The notes beneath the pieces were generated by a model. It had not been told where the DNA came from and searched no databases. It was given only the letters and a program-made list of their open reading frames with translations. A program made the translations under genes and the position numbers. From Candidatus Methanomethylophilaceae archaeon (GTDB taxonomy: Archaea; Thermoplasmatota; Thermoplasmata; Methanomassiliicoccales; Methanomethylophilaceae): a stretch of 64,000 nt of DNA. Positions 10,363 to 19,871 of this stretch are shown here, in pieces. The number at the start of each line of letters is the position of its first letter. Within the stretch, counting starts at the first letter, position 1. Location: NCBI GenBank assembly GCA_050950505.1, contig JBMNHS010000001.1, positions 64,001-128,000 on the forward strand, given 5' to 3'.

Positions 10363-10829
10363 TGGAAAAACCCAAGGAAATCAAACTCGCACCCATAAGA
10401 AACGGTACGGTCATAGACCACATCGCCACCGGGGAAGCGTTGAACGTCCTGAAAATACTCGGAGTGAACGAGTACATGGATTCCACCATAAGCGTCGGGA
10501 TAAGAGTGTCCTCCAGAAAGACTTCCCAATGGAAGGACATCATAAAAATCGAAGACTGCGAACTTGACCAGAAAACCGTGGACAAAATTGCGCTCATAGC
10601 GCCGGACGCGACCATCTCGATAATAAGAAATTATTACGTCGCGGAGAAGCACAAGGTCACACTTGAAGATCACATCGTCGGACTTGCAAAATGCTGCAAC
10701 CCCAACTGCATAACGAACAAGAATGAACCCATAGAAACTGAATTCGTAGTCATGAGCAGACGGCCCACCAGACTCAGATGCTCTTATTGCGACAGAGAAC
10801 TATGCAACGTTTCGGACAGCTTACTATGA
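10359..10829 (+). CDS. pyrI: Aspartate carbamoyltransferase regulatory subunit
   Basis: NGTVIDHI, KDIIKIE, Zn ligands C.NPNCIT and C.YC; overlaps pyrB stop. Confidence 0.97.
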   Translation: MMEKPKEIKLAPIRNGTVIDHIATGEALNVLKILGVNEYMDSTISVGIRVSSRKTSQWKDIIKIEDCELDQKTVDKIALIAPDATISIIRNYYVAEKHKVTLEDHIVGLAKCCNPNCITNKNEPIETEFVVMSRRPTRLRCSYCDRELCNVSDSLL

Positions 10830-11356
10830 AAATATTCATCATAACCGGGATGCCGGGTTCCGGCAAAGAAGAACTGCTTACGGTCGCCAGAAGCATGAAT
10901 GTGCCTTTTCTGAGAATGGGGGACATCGTCAGGGGACATTATTCCAAATATCAGTCCGAAGAAGGATTGACCATCGGAGAATACGCCGATAAAATCAGAA
11001 AGAAAAAAGGCAAAGACGTGTGGGCGAAAGAAGCCATGAAAAACATGACAGGGGATATTTTCCTGATTGACGGCTGCAGGAGCATGGACGAGGTTGATTC
11101 GTTCAGAACGCTGAGTGAGGACGTATTCATCATAGCGATACACTCCAGCCCCGAATCCAGATACGACAGGCTCGTCAAACGGGGAAGGGAGGACGCGCCT
11201 TCCGAATGGGTGGAATTCGCCGACCGGGACACCAGAGAGATGTCCTGGGGGCTGGCGGAACTCATCGCGCTTGCCGACATCATGTTGGTCAACGAATCCA
11301 CACTGGAGGCTTTCCATGCCAATGTGGAAAAAACCATGAAGGAACTGGTGGGATGA
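10826..11356 (+). CDS. P-loop kinase, archaeal dephospho-CoA kinase-like (UPF0200)
   Basis: ITGMPGSGK, MGDIVR, IDG.RS..EV, R..RL.KRGR.D, RD.RE..WG. Confidence 0.8.
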   Translation: MKIFIITGMPGSGKEELLTVARSMNVPFLRMGDIVRGHYSKYQSEEGLTIGEYADKIRKKKGKDVWAKEAMKNMTGDIFLIDGCRSMDEVDSFRTLSEDVFIIAIHSSPESRYDRLVKRGREDAPSEWVEFADRDTREMSWGLAELIALADIMLVNESTLEAFHANVEKTMKELVG

Positions 11357-11619
11357 AATTCACCGTATCCCGACTCTGCGGGGGAGAGGCCCTGATGGCA
11401 ATCCCCCTGGATCATTTTGACATAGACATGGAAAAAGCACCGGCAATTCTGGAAGAAATGGGCGGTGAAATCAAACAGCGGGACGGGATGATGATCGTCT
11501 TCACATGGAAAGGAATGGAAACCACTTTGTATTCCCAGGGGAAAATAATGTATTTTCCGCTAAAGGACAGGCAAACCTGCATAAAATATTCAATATCCTT
11601 ATTGGAAAAACTGGCCTAA
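11353..11619 (+). CDS. Small conserved hypothetical protein
   Basis: ATGA overlap with the previous stop; MKFTVSRLCGG...E.TLY..GKI.YFPL; part of the pyrBI operon. Confidence 0.7.
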   Translation: MKFTVSRLCGGEALMAIPLDHFDIDMEKAPAILEEMGGEIKQRDGMMIVFTWKGMETTLYSQGKIMYFPLKDRQTCIKYSISLLEKLA

Positions 11620-11670
11620 TCCCTCCGACGGGACAATGATTTATAAACAAAATTGCTATTGTTTGAGCAA

Positions 11671-12390
11671 ATGGACCCTTTGATAGAAATAACGGCAGCA
11701 GTGATCCTGTCCTTCGTCCTGTCCGCAGTGGCATGGAAAACGGGGATGCTTACCGGACACGGTGCCGTTGCCGCCGCCTCGGTTCTGTTGATAATCGGAA
11801 TACTGGGCGGACTTGATTGGCTTTTGATGCTGGTCGTTTTTGCGGCGATAGGGTTCATCGTCACAAAAATCGCCTTCGGCAAAAAGAAAGAAAAAGGCGT
11901 ACAGGAAGGTAAAAGCGGAGAACGTGGATGGAAAAACATCATAGGCGTGGCTTTGGCTCCGGCCATAGTTTCCGTTCTCAACTTCGCAATACCGGATTAC
12001 CACAGTCTCATGTCCGTAGTGTACCTCAGCACCATAACGGTGGCCGCATCGGACACCGTCGCAAGCGAGATAGGCGTGAGAGACTCCCGCGCCTGGCTGA
12101 TCACGACCTTCAAGAGAGTTCCCGCGGGAACGAACGGCGGAATTTCCGTTCTCGGATCCGCTGTTTCTTTTGCGGCCGCAATCGTTGTGTCAATCTTGGG
12201 TTGGATGATTCTCTTCCGCGATCTGAGTTGGCTTCTGCTCATCCCGGCATTTGCCGGAATGATCGGAAATCTGCTGGACAGTCTGTTCGGAGCAACGATA
12301 GAGGACCGTTACATTTCAAAGTACACCAATAATTTCGTGACCGGACTCCTCGGCGGTTTGATTGCAGCCGTGATTTACCTTCAATTTTGA
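11671..12390 (+). CDS. DUF92 / TMEM19 family membrane protein
   Basis: G.RGW.N, A.SDT.ASEIG, LITTFKRVP.GTNGG.S.LG, G.LLDS.FGAT. Confidence 0.9.
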   Translation: MDPLIEITAAVILSFVLSAVAWKTGMLTGHGAVAAASVLLIIGILGGLDWLLMLVVFAAIGFIVTKIAFGKKKEKGVQEGKSGERGWKNIIGVALAPAIVSVLNFAIPDYHSLMSVVYLSTITVAASDTVASEIGVRDSRAWLITTFKRVPAGTNGGISVLGSAVSFAAAIVVSILGWMILFRDLSWLLLIPAFAGMIGNLLDSLFGATIEDRYISKYTNNFVTGLLGGLIAAVIYLQF

Positions 12391-12445
12391 AGATAGCGGC
12401 TTGGTTCACAGAAAGTTATATATACATTGTAGATATCCTTGGTAT

Positions 12446-12569
12446 TGGTTGACGGCCAGAGCGGCAGGGCAACACCCGGTCCCATACCGAACCCGGAAGT
12501 AAAGCCTGCCTGCGTTCCTGACTGTACTGTATTGCGCAAGCGTACGGGAACTCTGGAGCGCTGTCACCA
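12446..12569 (+). rRNA. rrf: 5S rRNA (stand-alone, not linked to 16S/23S)
   Basis: GGCCAGAGCGGCAGGGCAACACCCGGTCCCATACCGAACCCGGAAGTAAAGC core; terminal helix TGACGGC/GCTGTCA; TTATATA promoter upstream and T-tract downstream. Confidence 0.95.
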
Positions 12570-12865
12570 CTTTTCATTTTCATTCCGTGAAGCGCAGGCT
12601 TTGTTCCGATGCGGATATCCCCTGTAATTTTATTTTCAGAAAAATGAAATCCCGATGTGTTCTCACACACCGGTAATTTGTTTTGATCGGATTTGAAGAG
12701 TGACGGAGGTAGAAGACACTCTGTTCTCCGCGTGATTGTATGCATACGAATTATAAAATATTATGCGTTTAATATTACAACATAATCTAAAAATATGAAA
12801 CAAAATTTAAAGAAAATTGCTTGATATACGAAAAAGACACCGTGACAGAAATTTCGATAAAGAAA

Positions 12866-13654
12866 TTACGGTCTGTAAAGTTCAGGACGCCTTTTCAGAA
12901 AAAAATCCATTCCGTCCATGGTACCTTTGTCTTCCGGGGATGCTCTTTTCAGAAGCTTCGGATCCAACACACAGTCCAAAGCATATTCTTCGGAAGAAGA
13001 ATGTTCTCCCACTACGTCCCCCCGGGGATCCAATACGATGATGCCGCCGCCTCTCCCGTCTTTGATTGCGTCACATGCGGCAAAAAACACACGGTTGTCA
13101 TATGCCCGTGCAGGCAGGTATTTTTTCCATATTTCGACTCTTTTTCCGGAATCTTTGAACGAAGCATGGGGATTCAGAATCAGTTCGGCCCCCATATGAC
13201 GCAGAACGGTGGATATATCGGGAATGTGTGATTCCCAGCAAAGTTGCAATCCTATCGATACGTTTTCGGTTTCTGCACAAAGGAATCCGTCGCCTTGAAG
13301 AAAATATTTCTTTTCGAATCTTCCCAAATGGGTTTTGCGGTAAAGCTCCAAACCTCCGTCGGGGGTTGCCGCCGCCTGCGTCACATACACGCCGTCAGAA
13401 GAACGTTCCGGGAATCCGAATACCACCGTCGTACCGTATTCGCATGCCGCACCGACCAATTTCTTTATCGATTCGTCTTCTGTGTTGATGGCATGTTTGG
13501 GGGATTGCTCCGAACTGTAACCGGTCAGGCACATTTCTGGAAAACATATCACGTCATGACCGTTGTTTACGAAATCCAACATTCCGTCGACATTTTTTTC
13601 AATATCGCCGATTGCGGATTCAGTCTGTACCATTCTTAGTCTGACCGGTTTCAC
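12866..13654 (-). CDS. Nitrilase / carbon-nitrogen hydrolase family protein
   Basis: Catalytic triad motifs FPEMCLTGY, YRKTHL, LCWES; RAYDN.VF; start inferred at GTG 13654. Confidence 0.9.
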   Translation of the reverse strand: MKPVRLRMVQTESAIGDIEKNVDGMLDFVNNGHDVICFPEMCLTGYSSEQSPKHAINTEDESIKKLVGAACEYGTTVVFGFPERSSDGVYVTQAAATPDGGLELYRKTHLGRFEKKYFLQGDGFLCAETENVSIGLQLCWESHIPDISTVLRHMGAELILNPHASFKDSGKRVEIWKKYLPARAYDNRVFFAACDAIKDGRGGGIIVLDPRGDVVGEHSSSEEYALDCVLDPKLLKRASPEDKGTMDGMDFFLKRRPELYRP

Positions 13655-14010
13655 TGTCTCACTGCCCCTGTCTATGCATACGCCCGTTCCCCATAAAAAA
13701 GAAATCGGGAATAATATCAGATTACGGTTTGAAGAAATCCTGTCCGTTTGATTGTAGTAAATTATAGACTTCGTTTGAAAACCATCAGACGGCATCGTTG
13801 ATCTGAATAGTGTTTTTTCTCCGAATCCTTGAAAATTCGGAAATTCTCGGAAGAGGAAAACAGGGTTTGTTTTTGTCTCCAGTTATGAAGCATGCAGGCA
13901 AATATGGATAAAAATTGATAATTCTGTTATATTTTTCTTATATTGTTCTTATTTTAACAATTGTGCACTTTTATTATTCCTACAGTATAATTTTCAACAT
14001 AATAATATAG

Positions 14011-14033
14011 TAGTTGGATGGTACAGCCAACTA
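14011..14033. promoter_or_regulatory. Palindromic operator candidate (TTGGA-N7-TCCAA type)
   Basis: TAGTTGG-atggtacag-CCAACTA inverted repeat between a TAATATA box and the ATG at 14033. Confidence 0.65.
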
Positions 14034-15232
14034 TGTCTAGAAATAGCATTATTGTCGTATTAATTGCAGTTCTCCTGGTCGGAGGGTCAGCGGGAATTCT
14101 GTTACACAACAATAAAAGTGATAATGCAGCAAACGGTGACACGGAGTACGAAGAAGGATACCCCAGAACCGTCGAAGACTTCCTTGGTAACAAAGTTACC
14201 TTTGATGAGTCTCCGAAAAGGATTGTAACCGGCAGTTTAGATTATCTGTCTCTGTTGGGCCCCGAAGTAACAGACAGAGTGATCTGGTCTTCATCAAAGC
14301 CCATATCAACCACAGACGCAAACCCGATGTTTGAGGTGTTGGAAGATTTGGCAAAACTGCACACATCCGGCAATCTGAACACTAAGACCGAGGAGGTCAT
14401 AGCCGCAAAACCGGACTTAGTCCTGATGAGCGATGCGAAAATGACTGAAAAGGAACTCGGAGAGTTCAAAGATATCCTCAATGAAGTTGGAATCAATGTG
14501 TTCTACTGTTCATCTCAGACTCCATTATTCGATGACGCCAAAGGATGCATCGAGTTCAATTTGCTACCCATTGCGAAGATATTCAATATGGAAGAACGCG
14601 CCCAAGAGCTCATTGATTTCATGGGTACGAAAACAGATGAGTTTTTGGAGCGTCTATCCCATGTCGACAATTCCAGCCTAAGTAATGTTTTTGTTGGAGG
14701 TGGCGCAGATAAGCCAAGAACTGAGTTCCTCAGTTCTTCTGAAATAACATACACCCCGATATTGTATCTTGAGGGGTATATGCACAACATAATGACTGAT
14801 TTGGCCCCGGGCCAGGATCGTATGACCTTCGATAGTGTAGAATCATTATACCAGTATGAGAAGGAACATGGTACGATAGATTACATCTTTATCAGTCAAT
14901 CTGCTTGGTCCGAGTTTAAAACCCTGTGGAATAATGACAAGAGTAAATTTGAAGCGTTTGAAGCATTCAGCAATGGTGACGTGTATTACGTAATGGATTG
15001 GTATCCTCGCGCTACGAACCCTCTGATTTGTGCTTACGCAATCGCTACGATAATGTTCCCTGATGAATTCGGTGATTTCGATATAAAGGACTTAATCGTA
15101 GAAACTTACGAACTCTTCTACGGGTTTGAAGGTGCCGGCGATGCCGCCTATAATGTTCTTGTTGACAAAACGAACGGAGTTTTCAAACAAGATGTCGGTA
15201 TTTTTGGTAAGGTCGACCTGACAAAGATATGA
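14033..15232 (+). CDS. ABC transporter substrate-binding protein, Fe-chelate/cobalamin class (paralog 1)
   Basis: N-terminal TM anchor; YPRTVEDF.G.KVTF.ESPKRIVT; E.VIAAKPDLVLM; F..G.VY. Confidence 0.88.
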   Translation: MSRNSIIVVLIAVLLVGGSAGILLHNNKSDNAANGDTEYEEGYPRTVEDFLGNKVTFDESPKRIVTGSLDYLSLLGPEVTDRVIWSSSKPISTTDANPMFEVLEDLAKLHTSGNLNTKTEEVIAAKPDLVLMSDAKMTEKELGEFKDILNEVGINVFYCSSQTPLFDDAKGCIEFNLLPIAKIFNMEERAQELIDFMGTKTDEFLERLSHVDNSSLSNVFVGGGADKPRTEFLSSSEITYTPILYLEGYMHNIMTDLAPGQDRMTFDSVESLYQYEKEHGTIDYIFISQSAWSEFKTLWNNDKSKFEAFEAFSNGDVYYVMDWYPRATNPLICAYAIATIMFPDEFGDFDIKDLIVETYELFYGFEGAGDAAYNVLVDKTNGVFKQDVGIFGKVDLTKI

Positions 15233-15242
15233 AGGAATCTAT

Positions 15243-15380
15243 ATGACAAAGGATGTTGGGTCACGGGAAATCGGAAATAAACCGTATCAGAATCTTAATG
15301 CGGTGAATCACGTCCGTACCGACCGTGATGACCTGTGCCCGACATCCGAACTTCCTTCCGGGTTGTCATTCGAAGGGTAA
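15243..15380 (+). pseudogene. Truncated remnant of a duplicated permease 5' end
   Basis: MTKDVGSREIGNKPY matches MTSDVEPQGTETNPY at 16954, with the same 10-nt TGAAGG.ATC...ATGAC stop-to-start junction; similarity lost after about 20 codons. Confidence 0.6.
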
Positions 15381-15727
15381 GGATGCTTTGAGATCAACGG
15401 TGATTTTGTCGGCGTCTCCTTTGAATGCTACACGCACTCAAAAACCTCTTAACCACTTTTATCCAAAAATATTGCCGCTCTTGATTTTATTGTTTCTGAT
15501 TAAATCCACATGTCCCTAAATTAATCATATCGTGATTGAACTGACGAGAATGTGGGACTCATCGGTATTGTCAAATTGATTCATGGAAGGAAATAGCCAG
15601 CATGTATTGACATTGAATGAAATAAATCAAAAAAAAAGGTATTGAAAAATATTTTTATTCATATTTATTGGATATATCGGATATAATATTTCAAAAAAAG
15701 ATAAAATGATTCAACATGCTAATATAG

Positions 15728-15750
15728 TAGTTGGACTATACATCCAATTA
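15728..15750. promoter_or_regulatory. Palindromic operator candidate (TTGGA-N7-TCCAA)
   Basis: TAGTTGGA-ctataca-TCCAATTA directly before ATG 15750, downstream of TAATATA. Confidence 0.7.
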
Positions 15751-16943
15751 TGTCAAGAAATGGCATAATCGCAATAGTTGTTCTGATTTGTCTGGTTGGA
15801 GGATCGGCAGGATATGTACTGCTTGGTAAAGGTACTGGTTCAGACGATGATGACGCTACATACGAAGAAGGATACCCGAGAACTGTTGAGGACTTTTACG
15901 GCAATAAGGTCACGTTTTATGAATCTCCAAAAAGAATCGTGACTATGGGTATGGAATTTCTCGCATACCTGGGTCCTGAAATCACGGAAAGGGTAATTTG
16001 GACTTCCGGCAGTAAATCAAGCACCGATGCTGATCCCTTGTTGGATCTATTTGATTTGGATGATGTTGCCACAGTAAGCGGCAGTATGATTTCAAACGTC
16101 GAGAATATTATTGCGAAGAAACCGGACCTGGTTTTGATGGGTGATGCTCGAACTTCAGAAAATGATCGTATTGAATTCAAGAACACCCTTAACGCGGTAG
16201 GCATTAACGTGTTCTTCTTCACGAATCAAAGCAATTTGTTCAGCAATTCCAAAGAGTGTATAGAACTCAACTTGATACCCATGTCCAAAATATTCAACAT
16301 GGAAGAACGTGCAAATACACTTCTTAATTTTGTCAATACTAAGACCGATGAATTGGCGGAACGCTTATCCGGAGTGGACAATTCCGTTTTGAAAAATGTC
16401 TATGTCGGTGGCGGAGCAGGTAAACAGATGCCCAATTTCCTAGGCTCATCTGCCAATACATATTTCCCAATAATGTATCTGGACGGGTATGTGAACAACA
16501 TTATGAAAGATATAGCTCCTGATGTCGAGCATACAAAATTTGATGATTTCGAAAGATTATATCAGTACGAAAGCGAAGTTGCCAACATTGATTATATTTT
16601 CGTCAGCCAATCCTGTTGGACTGATTTTAGAACAATGTGGAACTCCGATAGTACGAGATTTGAAGCGCTTGAAGCATTCAAGACGGGAGACGTTTACTTT
16701 GTAATGAATTGGTTCCCTCGCTCCACCAATCCCCTGATAAGTGCATATTCCATAGCCGCACAAATGTTTCCTGAACAGTTCAGTGACTTCGATATCAGAG
16801 ATTTGATCGAGGAAACTTTCGAACTCTTCTACGGATTTGAAGGCGCCGGTGCAGAAGCATATAATGTTCTTGTTGGCAAGACCAAGTATACCACAGGTCA
16901 GGATATCGAAATATTCGGTAAAATCGACTTGACAAAACTGTGA
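15750..16943 (+). CDS. ABC transporter substrate-binding protein (paralog 2)
   Basis: Colinear with 14033..15232 over the full length (YEEGYPRTVEDF, KIFNMEERA, ELFYGFEGAG, IFGK.DLTK). Confidence 0.9.
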   Translation: MSRNGIIAIVVLICLVGGSAGYVLLGKGTGSDDDDATYEEGYPRTVEDFYGNKVTFYESPKRIVTMGMEFLAYLGPEITERVIWTSGSKSSTDADPLLDLFDLDDVATVSGSMISNVENIIAKKPDLVLMGDARTSENDRIEFKNTLNAVGINVFFFTNQSNLFSNSKECIELNLIPMSKIFNMEERANTLLNFVNTKTDELAERLSGVDNSVLKNVYVGGGAGKQMPNFLGSSANTYFPIMYLDGYVNNIMKDIAPDVEHTKFDDFERLYQYESEVANIDYIFVSQSCWTDFRTMWNSDSTRFEALEAFKTGDVYFVMNWFPRSTNPLISAYSIAAQMFPEQFSDFDIRDLIEETFELFYGFEGAGAEAYNVLVGKTKYTTGQDIEIFGKIDLTKL

Positions 16944-16953
16944 AGGTATCCGC

Positions 16954-18025
16954 ATGACGAGCGACGTTGAGCCGCAGGGGACAGAGACGAATCCCTATAC
17001 GGAATTTCAATCGAAAAAGGTATTGTTCATAATCGCCTTAGTAGTAGCCTGCGTCTTAGTGTCTATAATCTCCCTTTCCCTGGGGGCTTATAAAATGACC
17101 GCCAGGGAAGTCATCGAAGCCGTTCTTGGCATGGGGGATCGCTATTCCTCGGTCACGATATGGAGAATCAGGATGCCCAGAATACTTGCGGCCGTCCTGA
17201 TAGGCACTTCCTTGGCAATCGCAGGGTCCGTCATGCAATGCGTTCTCAAAAACCCCTTAGCATCCCCTTTTACTTTAGGGATATCCAATGCAGCCGCATT
17301 GGGGGCCGCTATTGCAATTGCAATGCCGTACATCGGAATCTTCCACGGCAACTTCATCGGAAGATTCGCTTCAAGCATGTACGGCGTATCTATCATGGCA
17401 TTCCTGTTTTCCATGATTTCAGTGGTCATCGTGATTCTGTTTTCGAGAACGAGTATGGCCACTTCAGAAAGTATGGTGTTGGCGGGAATCGCCATAGGTT
17501 CAATTTTCAGCGCCGCTCTTTCATCATTACAGTATTTTGTAGATGATTCCACATTGGCATCGATTGTCTATTGGCAGTTCGGAGATCTTGACAAAAGCCA
17601 CATGGAATGAACTCGGACTTCTGTTTGCGGTCATCGTTCCGGTTTTGATTTATTTCCTATACAAACGATTGGACTACAACTCCATGGAGGCCGGAGAAGA
17701 AGTAGCCATGAGTTTAGGCATTGACACCAAGAAACTGACAATTGTTTCCATGGTTCTCGCATCTGTTGTTGCCGCAGTATCCGTATCTATTGTAGGCATA
17801 ATAGGATTCGTGGGGCTTCTGGGTCCGCATATTACCAGGAGACTGATAGGAGGAGATCATCGCTTCCTTTTACCTGCATCCGCGGCAATGGGGGCTTTGA
17901 TATTATTGATATCCGACTTCGTCGGAAGAGCGTTGTTCATTCAAGCCATACCTGTGGGTATCATAACATCGTTCTTGGGAGGGCCTCTGTTCCTGTACAT
18001 ATTAATAAAGAAAAACAAGAGGTGA
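16954..18025 (+). pseudogene. FecCD/BtuC-family ABC permease split by a +1 frameshift
   Basis: N-half (IRMPR, KNPLASPFTLG, VYWQFGDLDK) and C-half (ATWNEL, GEEVA.SLG, GIIGFVGL.GPH) join if one A is removed from the A4 run at 17593-17596. Confidence 0.85.
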
Positions 18026-18031
18026 TAAATT

Positions 18032-18901
18032 ATGTCCATTGTAATTAAAGAACTTCATTTCAGTTATGGAGAAAGAAAGATTCTGGAAGATATTCACTTG
18101 GATTTGGAAGATAACAGTATGGTATCCATTCTGGGTCCGAACGGTGTCGGCAAAACAACCTTGTTGAAATGCGTGTGTCGCATGCACGAACCGGAAACCG
18201 GAAATGTCGAAATAAACGGCAAGGATGTGTTCGATTTCAAACCCAGGGAATTATCCAGATTGGTAAGTTATGTTCCGCAACGATCCAGACCCTCGAATAT
18301 GACTGTGTTCGATGCAGTGATGATCGGCAGAAGACCCCATATAAATTGGTCAATCAGCGACTATGACATAGATGTTGTCTGGAAAGTGCTGAAGCTTCTG
18401 AAAATGGAACAACTGTCTCTGAAATATTTGGACAGCATCAGCGGCGGAGAGTTGCAGAAAATTCAGATAGCCAGAGCAATAACGCAAAACACCGACATAA
18501 TGATTCTGGATGAGCCCACCAACAATCTAGATCTTGCGAATCAGCAGGAAATACTCCATCTTATCAAACAACTCGTGGAAAAAAGAGGGATGAGTGCAAT
18601 CATGACCATGCACGATATCAATCTGGCTCTTGCTTATTCGGACAAATATGTCTTTGTTAAAAACGGTCATGTGATAGGTTACGGCGGCGATGAAATAGTC
18701 ACCGAAGAAATAATCAAAAAAACATACAACGTCGATACAAATATTCTTGAGCACGAAGGAAGAAAAATTGTGATTCCCAAAGCGGATCAGCCTTCGTTTT
18801 ATGACCTGTCCGTAGACGGTCTGAATTTGTTTAAAAGTGATGTGCCCAGCAAATCTAAAACGGGCGATGATCGCAAAAAAATCATAATGGAATCGATTTG
18901 A
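18032..18901 (+). CDS. ABC transporter ATP-binding protein (FecE/BtuD type)
   Basis: GPNGVGKTT, ISGGELQK, ILDEPT, HDIN. Confidence 0.95.
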   Translation: MSIVIKELHFSYGERKILEDIHLDLEDNSMVSILGPNGVGKTTLLKCVCRMHEPETGNVEINGKDVFDFKPRELSRLVSYVPQRSRPSNMTVFDAVMIGRRPHINWSISDYDIDVVWKVLKLLKMEQLSLKYLDSISGGELQKIQIARAITQNTDIMILDEPTNNLDLANQQEILHLIKQLVEKRGMSAIMTMHDINLALAYSDKYVFVKNGHVIGYGGDEIVTEEIIKKTYNVDTNILEHEGRKIVIPKADQPSFYDLSVDGLNLFKSDVPSKSKTGDDRKKIIMESI

Positions 18902-18911
18902 GGTGAAAAAA

Positions 18912-19694
18912 ATGACAAGTGAAACATGGTCCAAAGGAGAAATGACCGGAAAAGATGCAAAGGAAAGATGGAACAAACGTTCGGATAAATTCGCCGATAT
19001 GAAAATCCCCGAAAAAGACGACGGATATATTTCATTGATTCTTGAAACTTCAGGAAACAATCTGAAAGAAAAAGACATACTGGATATCGGATGCGGTTCC
19101 GGCAGATGGTCTATGGCTTTGGCCGACGAAGTCAGATCGGTCGTCGGTGTCGACATAGCGGATAAAATGATCGGACATGCCAACGATAAGGCTTCATCCG
19201 AGGGTTTCAACAACACGAAATATATCGCTGCCGACTGGAAAGAACCGGGATTGGATCTCGGACAACAGAAATTCGGCATAGTAATGGCTCATATGACCCC
19301 TGCGATTAATTCGGACGAGGATCTCATCAGAATGGATTCCGCCTGTGACGGATATTGTTACTTCACTTCGAGCATAAAGGGTGAAAATGACCTCAGAGAA
19401 AAGATTGAAGAACATTTCAAAGTCAGTTTTGACAGAGACCGCCGCGCATTGTCGAACGCCCTGAGGGTTTTGTTTGACATGGGCAGAAAACCCCTGATCA
19501 GATATGATGAAAGAATCCACGACAAAAAAGAAACTGTGGAAGACATAATGGGTTTCTACAGGGAAACCGCCGTTTCCAAAGGAGTCTCGGAAAAAGATCT
19601 GGAAGAATTCCTCAACAGCATTGCCGTTGACGGAATCATAGAATCCAAAATGACGATGACCAAGGCCACCCTGTATTGGAGCACCGCGGAATAA
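18912..19694 (+). CDS. Class I SAM-dependent methyltransferase (paralog 1)
   Basis: ILDIGCGSG, VGVDI, AHMTPAI; SD AGGTGA before ATG 18912. Confidence 0.9.
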   Translation: MTSETWSKGEMTGKDAKERWNKRSDKFADMKIPEKDDGYISLILETSGNNLKEKDILDIGCGSGRWSMALADEVRSVVGVDIADKMIGHANDKASSEGFNNTKYIAADWKEPGLDLGQQKFGIVMAHMTPAINSDEDLIRMDSACDGYCYFTSSIKGENDLREKIEEHFKVSFDRDRRALSNALRVLFDMGRKPLIRYDERIHDKKETVEDIMGFYRETAVSKGVSEKDLEEFLNSIAVDGIIESKMTMTKATLYWSTAE

Positions 19695-19824
19695 GCTCGA
19701 AAAAAAATTAAATCTGCTCTGTCACGGAAAAGTGGCAGAGTTTCAAAATTTACCAAACATCTTAATTTGATTTTTCATATCTCGAATTCATCGTAATAAA
19801 ATACAAAAATGGCGGAATTATTTC

Positions 19825-19851
19825 GTAATACTAATTAAATTTAAGTAACAC
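19825..19851. promoter_or_regulatory. NikR-like operator candidate
   Basis: GTAATAC-N13-GTAACAC with an AT-only spacer, overlapping the likely TATA box of 19872..20747. Confidence 0.5.
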
Positions 19852-19871
19852 CTACAATATACCAGAAACTG

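Noticed and set aside
12416-12745. ORFs 12416..12745 and 12439..12627
   Set aside because: They overlap the 5S rRNA gene
15270-15430. Minus-strand gene fragment (VRVAFKGDADKITV...QVITVGTDVIHR)
   Set aside because: Short, interrupted by TGA, no recognisable homology
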